Shown piece after piece: positions 55,329-63,848 of a DNA stretch of 64,000 bases. Source of the stretch: Deltaproteobacteria bacterium (lineage in GTDB: Bacteria; Desulfobacterota; Desulfobacteria; Desulfobacterales; SpSt-501); the NCBI GenBank assembly GCA_016219005.1, contig JACRCN010000033.1, forward strand, positions 7,595-71,594, written 5' to 3'. Both the position numbers and the translations under genes were made by a program. Every line of letters starts with the position of its first letter. Within the stretch, counting starts at the first letter, position 1. Under the pieces are notes generated by a model. That model saw only the letters and a program-made list of their open reading frames with translations. It was not told the DNA's origin and ran no database searches.

Positions 55329-57128
55329 TTAAGCTCTGGCGTAATAACTGATTAGAGCAGTCATTCCTAAGGCGTGAAAAAGTATAGCAGGGAAAACGCT
55401 TTGCGCTCTTTCTCTGACAAAACCGGTGGATAGTCCGAGCACAAATGCCGCACACAGGCACTCAGCAGTTGCGCGGGCCTGAAAACCATTCTGGAGATAG
55501 TCCGGATAAAGCAGAATGTAAACCATGAATAAAGAATATAACGTGGCAGCAGCGACAGATGGAAACGAAAAAAACCAACGGCTGTTGTGGCTTTGAATGT
55601 TATTGGGGTTCACTAAAATTCCGTGAGTTAAACTGCGGAACAAGAGCTCTGAAGCTAAAGGAACAGCCATAATAAGATAAATTGCGCCTTCACGAGTGGG
55701 AAGCAATTTCATCCCCTTGTATGGGAAATAAACTCCGATTCCCATCACGAAAAAAAATACAAATGGCAATAAGATCCACCAGCTTTTGCCCACAGGAGCT
55801 GCAAATCCAAACTGCCAGGGCCTTCTATGGGCAAAAACGCTCAGGCACAATGTGGTAAAGAAAATCAATGTAGCAAAAAATATGAAATCAGTCATCGTGA
55901 AAAGATCACGTGCAGTTGTGCCGCTGAGCCGGGATCGTGAAATGAGATACGATGCGCAAAGAGTTGAAATTCCAATTATGGCACTTGTTAGGACCAGGCT
56001 GCGAATGAAAGGGATTACCTTGCTGCCAAGGCCGGGTTTCTGAAAAGCATCACGACACGCTTTTGCGATTTGCAGCGGCGCTAATTTGGTGCCGCCGCCT
56101 TCACGAGGGGAGCCGCCTATGTCAGCCGAACCGCCCCACTTATTGCCATCCGCACGACCTCTCACCGCCGGGTCGACGAAATTCAGAATATTATACACAG
56201 CATTCAAGTCCCCTGGCATGAAAGGGTCCCAGCTGCGTAATGTATAAGCTCCTTCTTCTTTCTTGAGCACTACCAACCCAAGGCTTTCACCATACAACCT
56301 GTCCAGATAGGGCTCTAACTCGTAGATACCTAACTGGGTCTCAACTACAACAGCGATTCGGTTATTGCCGAGCTCAATACGAGCCAGTTCTTTCACATCT
56401 TTTACGTCATCTAATTCCTCTGACTTGTAAATGATTCGGTCCACCTTATGCAATATCAGAGCGGTATGCTCCAGAAAGTCAGTTTCCTTCCAAAGTCCCT
56501 TGCTTTTTAAATCAACCTCATCCGCCCTTAAGTAATCTATCATTTTTTTTGTATTCATAAGAGGCTTGGGCTGGAAACCGCTTAAAGCAGTCATCTCCAG
56601 TCCGTGCGAATCGATTATGCCTTCCAGCCGGACCAGTGCACATAAACGATTCAGCCCACCAAATTCCTTTTGCTGTATCCTCACGTGATTCAAAATCAGC
56701 CAAATTGCAAGAATTGTGTCCAAATCAGGTTCGTTTGCAATGACTCTCCAGTCCCGGCCGCGTAGATCCATGCGCTTTAGAATCATCACTAAGACCTGTT
56801 CGCAGGTCGAGAGCGTGAACGGCCGCATGCACTTTTCATGGTGGTCGAAATTATAGATTTGTTTTTCGAGGTCCATAAAGGGTTCAGACTGTGCCACACC
56901 GTCGAGATATATCGTGCAGGGAGGCGATTTTCGCACGGCTGAGGATGAGACCGTCAAACCCGCCTCAACTTGAACCTCAATATTCGGGGCTTCAAGGCAA
57001 ATCAGGATTCTCTTGTTATCACGATCCTTTATTGTGTAGCGTTCGGGCTGGCTTCGAATAGAAGATAAACTCAACTTGGGTTCATCTTCGGATGAGCTAT
57101 TGCCCCCTGAATATTTCATATTGTTCAA
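55329..57128 (-). CDS. membrane protein: N-terminal DHH/DHHA1-like phosphoesterase-like domain fused to C-terminal CPBP (CAAX protease-like) multi-TM domain
   Basis: 599-aa ORF in an AT-rich segment. It has NFDHHE (DHH-like motif) and a GGSADIGGSPREGGG (GGGH-like) region, then about 7 TM helices with CPBP motifs SELLFRS...H and FPAILFHALGM. An alternative ATG start lies at 57119. Confidence 0.65.
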   Translation of the reverse strand: MNNMKYSGGNSSSEDEPKLSLSSIRSQPERYTIKDRDNKRILICLEAPNIEVQVEAGLTVSSSAVRKSPPCTIYLDGVAQSEPFMDLEKQIYNFDHHEKCMRPFTLSTCEQVLVMILKRMDLRGRDWRVIANEPDLDTILAIWLILNHVRIQQKEFGGLNRLCALVRLEGIIDSHGLEMTALSGFQPKPLMNTKKMIDYLRADEVDLKSKGLWKETDFLEHTALILHKVDRIIYKSEELDDVKDVKELARIELGNNRIAVVVETQLGIYELEPYLDRLYGESLGLVVLKKEEGAYTLRSWDPFMPGDLNAVYNILNFVDPAVRGRADGNKWGGSADIGGSPREGGGTKLAPLQIAKACRDAFQKPGLGSKVIPFIRSLVLTSAIIGISTLCASYLISRSRLSGTTARDLFTMTDFIFFATLIFFTTLCLSVFAHRRPWQFGFAAPVGKSWWILLPFVFFFVMGIGVYFPYKGMKLLPTREGAIYLIMAVPLASELLFRSLTHGILVNPNNIQSHNSRWFFSFPSVAAATLYSLFMVYILLYPDYLQNGFQARATAECLCAAFVLGLSTGFVRERAQSVFPAILFHALGMTALISYYARA

Positions 57129-57268
57129 AAGGCACCTCGTTCAATTTCCATGTTCTTAAAGTCGTCATGCAAGGGATGATATGGATGAATTCGGGCATTT
57201 CAAGCAGATTTAGGAATTGCTATAAGCTGCATTTCTCACCGGAAAGCATGTCTGACGGGGACGTTGTT

Positions 57269-57640
57269 TCAACGCTGCCTACCTTCGCGTTTGAGCGGAT
57301 CTATTGCAGCCAGCATCAATTTCGAATCGTGGTCCACTTGCTGAGCGGCCCGGCTGCCGGCCGAACGCACCTGCTTAAACCGCCGCGCCACATAGCTCCC
57401 GGGTATCGACAACTGCCGGCGGGCCATGGTACCGGTCAGTCCACGAACTTGCGCACCCGCCCCGGTGCGCAGCAGAAAATGGGCATAGCTGCTCACCAGC
57501 GTCCAGGCATGGCAAGGGGCTTGGCTATCCGTGAACAGATTCGATAGCCGCTCAAGAAAGTTCTCTCGGTCGCTCTCAGTGGATGCCCTATCGGGTATAT
57601 CGAAGATGGGGCTATCTTTGTTAGTAGTTGCTGCTTCCCT
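57269..57640 (-). pseudogene. Y1 (IS200-like/HUH) transposase-like protein relic, N-terminal part
   Basis: IFDIPDRASTESDRENFLERLSNLFTDSQAPCHAWTLVSSYAHFLLRTG...IDPLKREG matches the N-terminal half of the family seen at 54703..55053. The HUH motif is degenerate (SYAH), the first ~25 codons are missing and the ORF ends in a premature stop. Confidence 0.45.
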
Positions 57641-57684
57641 CTATCATATTTTATAACATATGAATTGGAATGCGATTTGGTTTT

Positions 57685-58011
57685 TTAACTGCGGTTCGCA
57701 ACCATTTCATAGCCTGCGCTATTCCAGGCCTCGACACCACCATCCAGGATTTCCACGTTGGTATATCCTATCATCATGTATTTAATTGCCTGACCGGCAG
57801 AAGTCACCTGGCCGGGTCAGGTACAATAAAAGATGATCTCCTGTCCCTTTTTAAGCTCTGATAATCTATCTTGAAACTCTGTGCGCGTGATCGCGCCCGG
57901 CAACCACATTTTGCTGCATGTCTCTTCATCCGGATAAGCACAGACCAAAATTGCACCTCCGTCCTTGGTCCGGCGATTAACCTCTTCTGGTGAAATGCGT
58001 ATAGGTTCCAT
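57685..58011 (-). CDS. single-domain rhodanese-like selenoprotein (Sec at codon 65)
   Basis: The ORF track stops at TGA 57817..57819. Read-through gives ...GQEIIFYCT-U-PGQVTSAGQAIKYMMIGYTNVEILDGGVEAWNSAGYEMVANRS. This completes a rhodanese domain, with the TGA placed in the active-site loop. GGAG lies 8 nt before the ATG. Confidence 0.7.
57789..57821 (-). promoter_or_regulatory. putative SECIS hairpin of the rhodanese selenoprotein
   Basis: mRNA CCUGACC(C)GGC(C)AG-GUGACUU-CUGCCGGUCAGG. It has a 12-bp stem with two bulged C, the UGA in the lower stem, and a GU-containing 7-nt loop. Confidence 0.5.
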
Positions 58012-58565
58012 TTTAGCGACTCCGTTTGAGTGTTGCGGATTCTAATTCGAACGAAACGATATATTAAGGATAAGATTAAAACTCGGAGAATGAAGTGGTC
58101 CTGTTCAATCAATCCAACCACCCGATATTGTGACCAAATGGCACCTCTTATTAATGGTTGCCGGCTCACATTCACGACTGCGTTGGGCTTGCATTACCCG
58201 CTCGCCAAAAGAAAGCAAACTCACAACTCCTTGGCGCGAATATTTCGGAAAGCCACAACTCCGGTGCGAGATTGCAGTCCGATGAAGCTCGGAACGCCAG
58301 GCGCGCTACCCAATCCGGCACCGTAATGAATTACCATTAACAATAAAGCATGCAATAGGCCGTGATGGCCGTTTATTTGGCAGCCCTGTTTTTGTGGAGT
58401 GGTCGATAACCCTTATGCTCCCAGGGTTTCGATGCTTTGCCGTTAAGACGGCGAACGGGTCGTCCGGATTTGCAGCGAGCGGGGCAGACCGCACAATTGT
58501 TTTCATGGACGAAGTGGTTATCATTTGTTCGTACCAATGCAACCTTCCGATAGGAAAGATGAAAG

Positions 58566-58739
58566 ATGCAGATGAAAACCTCATTGGTACTGCCTATTAC
58601 AATCTTTTTGGTGGCGATGGGTCTGCTGCACGACGCCTCTGCACAGGCTCAGAGCACATCCTGCTATATTTATACAGGCATCGTAACTACTCATGTTTTC
58701 GTCCGTGAGTTGGATATGGACAGTAATCCGAAAAAGTGA
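58566..58739 (+). CDS. small secreted peptide (57 aa), hypothetical
   Basis: MQMKTSLVLPITIFLVAMGLLHDASA|QAQ looks like a signal peptide. Below the ORF-track size cut-off, with no family recognised. Confidence 0.3.
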   Translation: MQMKTSLVLPITIFLVAMGLLHDASAQAQSTSCYIYTGIVTTHVFVRELDMDSNPKK

Positions 58740-58956
58740 AATTTTTTATAAAGGCTGGATAAATCAAAATCAGAAGGTGCCTATTTCAAGCAGCAGCGGA
58801 AAAATCGATACTAATTGTCGCCAGGCCTCTTCTGACCAAATTATTGGCGCGGATGAGGCAGGCTGCTCGGACGGCGGGTGATTTCCGTGCCATAGCAGTA
58901 ACTATTTGACCACTCGGCATTTTCCCGTTTGCGGTCCTAATTGAGGAGAAGAACCG

Positions 58957-59241
58957 ATGAAAAAGTCTATTTTTCTTTTGTTGCTTGCGGTCCTGGCTCC
59001 TTGTGTCGGTGGCCTGGCTGCAACACTGCAGAATACAGACTCGCAATCATATGAGTTGCAGATCCGGGAGTCTGGACGTCCTTATGACAGCAATTACAGC
59101 ATCATTGGCCATGCCAAGGTTGAGATTTGTTTTTACGGCTGCCAAATAGTATCGCTCAGCACCGGCCAGACGGTCACGGTCAACCCGATGGATTCGGTGC
59201 TCATAAGCTACGGAGTCATGTATGTAACTCCTGCACGATAG
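58957..59241 (+). CDS. small secreted protein (94 aa), hypothetical
   Basis: Signal peptide MKKSIFLLLLAVLAPCVGGLAA, with GAGGAG upstream. Confidence 0.45.
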   Translation: MKKSIFLLLLAVLAPCVGGLAATLQNTDSQSYELQIRESGRPYDSNYSIIGHAKVEICFYGCQIVSLSTGQTVTVNPMDSVLISYGVMYVTPAR

Positions 59242-59614
59242 GAGAAGCTGGCTTATACCCGTAATTTTTGAAAGCAACCAGAGCCTCTGCTTCGGTGTCA
59301 CTTTGTGCAACTTGGATCAGCTTCAAAAACTACCGGCACGTTGGAGAAATCTAAGGTATCACGGCTGAGCGCAGGGGAGCGCCGTTTTCGGCGCGTGCGC
59401 TGCAGGGCTGCGTTGGGCTGACCGTGTTCGATTGCTAATCCGGGGGCTGAAGGAACGAGTCAAAAATTGATCCCGCAAAATTGGGCTGGTGTATTTTCGC
59501 GTGCAGCACCAGCCCATTCATCCCAATTAGCCAGGCATTTCCGTGCAATGCCAACGCCACGATTCCAACTCAAGAGTCCAATCGCAATACCAGTCAGATT
59601 GCGCAATTCGCATA

Positions 59615-61000
59615 TCAAGGCTTGCTTTTATCCTTCTCCGCCATTGAGGGTGGCCAACCATGGTCGAAACAATAATAGAACTTCTGCAGCGGCAATCGGA
59701 AATCCTCAACATCCTTTCGAACCGAGCCAGGCTCCGCATTGTCAATTAACAGCCTTTCAAAAAAGCGTGAAACCGTATCCATGTCGGATTCCGTCAACCC
59801 TAATCGGGTGATCTCTATGGTGCCGATCCGCAAACCGCCCGGGTGATCCCAGTTTTCGGGAGAATCTCCGGGAATAAGGTTTTTATTGGTGATGATGCTG
59901 GCCTGAGCCAACTTTTCTGCAACGGCTAACCCTCCGCCGAACTTCGTGACATCAGCGATAACCTGGTGCGTTTGGGTGTAGCCGCGCTTGGCTCCGAGAA
60001 CCGGAATTCCCCTCTGGTCTAAGGCCTTGGCCAGTGCCTTTGAATTTTTTACGATCTGGGCCATATACACATTGCCATACTCAAGCATCTCAGCAGCTGA
60101 TACGGCTAACGCGGCCACCCGGTTCACCTGGTGCGTAGCAACCAAGACAGGGAAAATCGCATCCGTCAAAGGCTTGGTCAAATCCGGGTCATTCCAAAAG
60201 ATCATGCCGCTCTGCGGCCCGCTGAACGTTTTACCGGCTGAGCCGGTCAGGACGGCAGCGCCTTCGTTAAGTGGGTCTTGGAACTGCCCTCCGGCGATCA
60301 GACCGGCCTGATGCGCTCCGTCAAAGAAAAACTTGCCTCCCCAATCGGAAATAACTTCGCTCATCTCCCTCACCGGCAGTGCAAACAACGTCATCGACAT
60401 GCCAAGCGCCACAAGTTTGGGCTTCTCACGGCGAGCAATTTGAGTGAACGAGGCAAGGTCTACATCCAATTCGACAGGATCAAAAGGAACATCCACAATT
60501 TTCAGGCCACGCATACCGGCAGGACCATCCAGCCGGTTGCTGGAATGCCCCCCAAAAGGCTGTGGTGCCGCCATTATGGTATCCCCAGGTTGGGTCAAAG
60601 CATGATAGACGGCCATGTTTCCGAGCATGCTTCCCATCAGGCGGTGGTCCGCATAGCGGCACCGAAAGGCACGCTTCAAAAGCTCCACGCACAATGACTC
60701 GACTTCATCGATATATTGTGTGCCTGCGAACCAGCGGTTTACACGGCCGATGTGCCCTTCAGCAGCACGGGTGCCGATTTCGGCCGATAGCAGTTTGCGC
60801 ACGGTCGGGCTGGTGGGAGCCTCGGGGGCCAGAAGGTTCAGGCACCGCTTCCCGCGCCAATCCTCGTTGCGTTGAACGGCCCTCAAAACGGCATCCGCCA
60901 TTTTTTTGGGGGACGACTCTTGGTCCAACAGCGATTGGGCCGCTTTGAGGATTTCACGGTCATGGGCCTCAAAAACCTTTGCATCAGAACTTGCGATCAT
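59615..61000 (-). CDS. serine hydroxymethyltransferase-family PLP enzyme (divergent GlyA paralog)
   Basis: SHMT-like blocks LLAPEAPTSPTV, AEGH, HRLMGSMLGNMAVYHALTQPGDTI, GGH, DGAHQAGLIAGG and the PLP-Lys region GSAGKTFSGPQSG. Confidence 0.8.
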   Translation of the reverse strand: MIASSDAKVFEAHDREILKAAQSLLDQESSPKKMADAVLRAVQRNEDWRGKRCLNLLAPEAPTSPTVRKLLSAEIGTRAAEGHIGRVNRWFAGTQYIDEVESLCVELLKRAFRCRYADHRLMGSMLGNMAVYHALTQPGDTIMAAPQPFGGHSSNRLDGPAGMRGLKIVDVPFDPVELDVDLASFTQIARREKPKLVALGMSMTLFALPVREMSEVISDWGGKFFFDGAHQAGLIAGGQFQDPLNEGAAVLTGSAGKTFSGPQSGMIFWNDPDLTKPLTDAIFPVLVATHQVNRVAALAVSAAEMLEYGNVYMAQIVKNSKALAKALDQRGIPVLGAKRGYTQTHQVIADVTKFGGGLAVAEKLAQASIITNKNLIPGDSPENWDHPGGLRIGTIEITRLGLTESDMDTVSRFFERLLIDNAEPGSVRKDVEDFRLPLQKFYYCFDHGWPPSMAEKDKSKP

Positions 61001-61689
61001 GATTTCACTCCTTTTATCGTATGGTCACCTTGGTCGCAGAGAAAAACCACTAAACGACGGGAGGCTCGACTCAGATGCTGTTGCAGGATCTTTACCGCCC
61101 GGTCGACATCCCTTTTTTGACAGGCCTGAAGAATCTTTTTGTGCTCGGCTTGTGATGCATCTCTGGCGGATAGTCCGCCCAAATAGATCAAAAGATACCG
61201 CCCAACGTTATTGTGCAGCACCCGTATCGTGTTCAGGAGACGGGGCCATTCGGCTGCCTGATACAGGGTAGAGTGAAACTCCCAATTAAGCTCGCCCCAC
61301 TGCGAGCGATCTTCTTCGGTCTCGCTGATTTCCAAAACACTCGCAGCTCGAATCAAGTCAGCGGACCGAAGTTTGGGTATGGCCCTTTCGAGTGCTTTGG
61401 TCTCCAAGGCCATCCGCATCACATAGATTTCCTCGACCTCGGCAGGCGACAGTTCGGAAACAACAAAACCGCGATTTGGGGCGAATTCAATCAAACCCTC
61501 GGCCCTGAGTTGGACCATGGCCTCGCGCACAGGAATCTTGCTGACGCCGAACAGTTCAGCGATTTGATCCTGCCGTAAGGGCTGGTTAGATTCTAACCGG
61601 CCTTGCAAAATTGCGGTACGCAGGGAAGCGGCTATAAGCTCCGGAGTATTGCCGGGATTCTTGGTTTGGATGGAGAGTGTTTTTGGCAT
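60997..61689 (-). CDS. GntR family transcriptional regulator (FCD domain)
   Basis: wHTH LRQDQIAELFGVSKIPVREAMVQLRAEGLI and an FCD-like helical C-terminus. The ATG at 61689 is preferred. Its stop overlaps the SHMT-like start. Confidence 0.85.
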   Translation of the reverse strand: MPKTLSIQTKNPGNTPELIAASLRTAILQGRLESNQPLRQDQIAELFGVSKIPVREAMVQLRAEGLIEFAPNRGFVVSELSPAEVEEIYVMRMALETKALERAIPKLRSADLIRAASVLEISETEEDRSQWGELNWEFHSTLYQAAEWPRLLNTIRVLHNNVGRYLLIYLGGLSARDASQAEHKKILQACQKRDVDRAVKILQQHLSRASRRLVVFLCDQGDHTIKGVKS

Positions 61690-61971
61690 GCCAGTTAAAG
61701 TATAATCGTATACGATAATTGTCAAGCCCCACTTTCCCCGCCGAACAGAAATCGGAAGAATTGGTCAAAGTTGATCTTCTGTTCGTGGGATTGATGCCCT
61801 TTGGGTTTGAGAGAACCAGGCTGAGGGACGTAACAATTTGATATTCGGAGCTGATCGGAAATGATTCTTGGTTTTTGGGTATCTTAAAGATCATCCGAAT
61901 GATAAGGTTATGGATATCGTCCGATATTGACACTTCCATTAGCCGACGCCAAAGATACGGAGAAGCATCCC

Positions 61972-62967
61972 ATGAAGATTTCAATTCTCGATGACTATTT
62001 CGATACGCTTCGCACTCTCGCGTGTTTTCAGAAGCTGGTAGGACACGAGGTAACGGTCTGGAACGATCACACGCAGGATATCGATGCACTCGCTCCACGC
62101 CTTAAGGACACGGAGGTGCTGGTGTTGATTCGAGAGCGCACGCAGATCCGTGAGCCGTTGCTCGAACGGCTCGATGCTCTTCGGCTCATCAGCCAGCGCA
62201 GCGTCTACCCTCATATCGACATCGACGCGTGTACGCGTCGCGGAATCATCGTATCGTCCGATCAGCACGCTGGCAGCCCGTCCTATGCCGCAGCGGAACT
62301 CACGTGGGGTTTGATCATCGCTGCAATGCGTCAGATTCCCCAGCAGATGTCCGCGCTTCGCGCCGGAAACTGGCAGATCGGTGTCGGCAGCAACTTGCGC
62401 GGCAAGACACTGGGGATCTACGGATATGGAAGAATCGGCGCGACGGTAGCAGGCTATGGAAGAGCCTTCGGTATGAATGTTCTGGTATGGGCTCGCGAAG
62501 CATCGCTGCAACGCGCGCGAAGTGAGGGATACGCTGTGGCGCAGAGCAAGCGTGAGTTCTTTGAATCTGGCGACGTGATCTCCTTGCACATGAGGCTGGT
62601 CAAGGAAACGCGAGGCATAGTCACTAAGAATGACTTGTCGCGCATGAAGCCCTCCGCCTTGTTAGTCAACACTAGCCGGGCACCGCTTATTGAGCCGGGA
62701 GCGCTTGTCGGTGCTTTGCGTGCAGGGAGGCCATGCATGGCTGCCATCGACGTTTACGAAGAAGAACCGTTGCGAGACCCCGACCACCCGCTGCTGAAAA
62801 TGGAAAACGTTGTGTGCACGCCGCACATCGGATACGTGACTCGGGACGAGTACGAAGTCCAGTTTGCCGATATCTTCGATCAGATTATTGCTTATGCGGC
62901 GGGTACTCCCATCAACGTGGTGAACCCGAAAGTCTTCGACACTTTGAAAAACCGGGGGGCCTCTTAG
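61972..62967 (+). CDS. D-isomer-specific 2-hydroxyacid dehydrogenase family protein
   Basis: NAD motif [14 protein letters not shown], with the catalytic region SLHMRL...R and TPHIGY. Confidence 0.85.
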   Translation: MKISILDDYFDTLRTLACFQKLVGHEVTVWNDHTQDIDALAPRLKDTEVLVLIRERTQIREPLLERLDALRLISQRSVYPHIDIDACTRRGIIVSSDQHAGSPSYAAAELTWGLIIAAMRQIPQQMSALRAGNWQIGVGSNLRGKTLGIYGYGRIGATVAGYGRAFGMNVLVWAREASLQRARSEGYAVAQSKREFFESGDVISLHMRLVKETRGIVTKNDLSRMKPSALLVNTSRAPLIEPGALVGALRAGRPCMAAIDVYEEEPLRDPDHPLLKMENVVCTPHIGYVTRDEYEVQFADIFDQIIAYAAGTPINVVNPKVFDTLKNRGAS

Positions 62968-63137
62968 CGGTAATCGCCTATTGGGCGTCGAGCCACCGCT
63001 CGATAAGAAGAGCAGTGGTCGTATCTCAAATATTAATTATTTTCTTGAGGATACTGGTGGAGCAACTGGTTGGATAACTGGTGGCCTGGCGGGAGATCGA
63101 AAAGAAAACCCCCCGCCTGAACCGTTCACGGCAGCTT

Positions 63138-63848
63138 CTACTGAATCCAGCCCTGCTCCTTAAACCGCGTCTTGAGCTGATCGGCAATCTCCTTGGCGGT
63201 CTGCTTGGCCCGCCCCTGGATCTTGGCACTGCCGGAAAGCTCCCCGTAACCCTGCACACCGGCCTGGACGGCGAGCCCTACAGGGTTGTGGGTGACCAAA
63301 AGGGCTGCAAGGCCAAGGGAACCGCCGGGCAACTTCCCTCCCCCGGCATCGATCGACCCTTGGCCGAGCTTACGGGGGCCGCTTGCCGTCATTTGGTAAC
63401 CTTCGACCAAGGTTTTAAGGTCGGAGGCACCGGAGCCAAACCCAAGGGTTACGCGTTTCAGCTCGCTTCCCTTGCTAACAGACAAAAGATACCCGCGAAT
63501 CATGATATCGTTTACCTGGGGAATAGTCCGGGAGGTCGCCCGGACGGCAGGCAGGCCCATCTCCCGGATGTCGGCGGCAAGCTCCTCGGCTATCTGCATA
63601 CCAAGCTGCTTTTCAAGTTCGACCTGTTCGGCTGTCGGCGGTGTGGCCGGTGTCGCAGTCTGTCCGGCAATGGCCGAGTCGGGGGCGACACCATCGGGGG
63701 TTGCTACAAAATCATGCACGATGATCTGGGCGGGCTTAGGAAGCGGCCCTCCTGAGTACGTCTCGCGGTCAGAAATCTTGGTCGAGGCGCAGCCGAACGC
63801 TAAAAACAGCACAAGCAGGAATGTGGTTAAAACAAAGTATCTTTTCAT
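63138..63848 (-). CDS. lipoprotein (DUF4410-like)
   Basis: The ATG at 63848 follows GGAGG. Signal peptide plus lipobox LAFGC. The family name is from memory. Confidence 0.6.
   Translation of the reverse strand: MKRYFVLTTFLLVLFLAFGCASTKISDRETYSGGPLPKPAQIIVHDFVATPDGVAPDSAIAGQTATPATPPTAEQVELEKQLGMQIAEELAADIREMGLPAVRATSRTIPQVNDIMIRGYLLSVSKGSELKRVTLGFGSGASDLKTLVEGYQMTASGPRKLGQGSIDAGGGKLPGGSLGLAALLVTHNPVGLAVQAGVQGYGELSGSAKIQGRAKQTAKEIADQLKTRFKEQGWIQ

Noticed and set aside
49268-59600. Direct repeat of the ssrA 3' end (attR) marking the distal island boundary
   Set aside because: I looked for copies of the terminal ...GGTTCGACTCCCGCCGCCTCCACCA segment downstream and found none by eye. The boundary is therefore left undefined rather than asserted.
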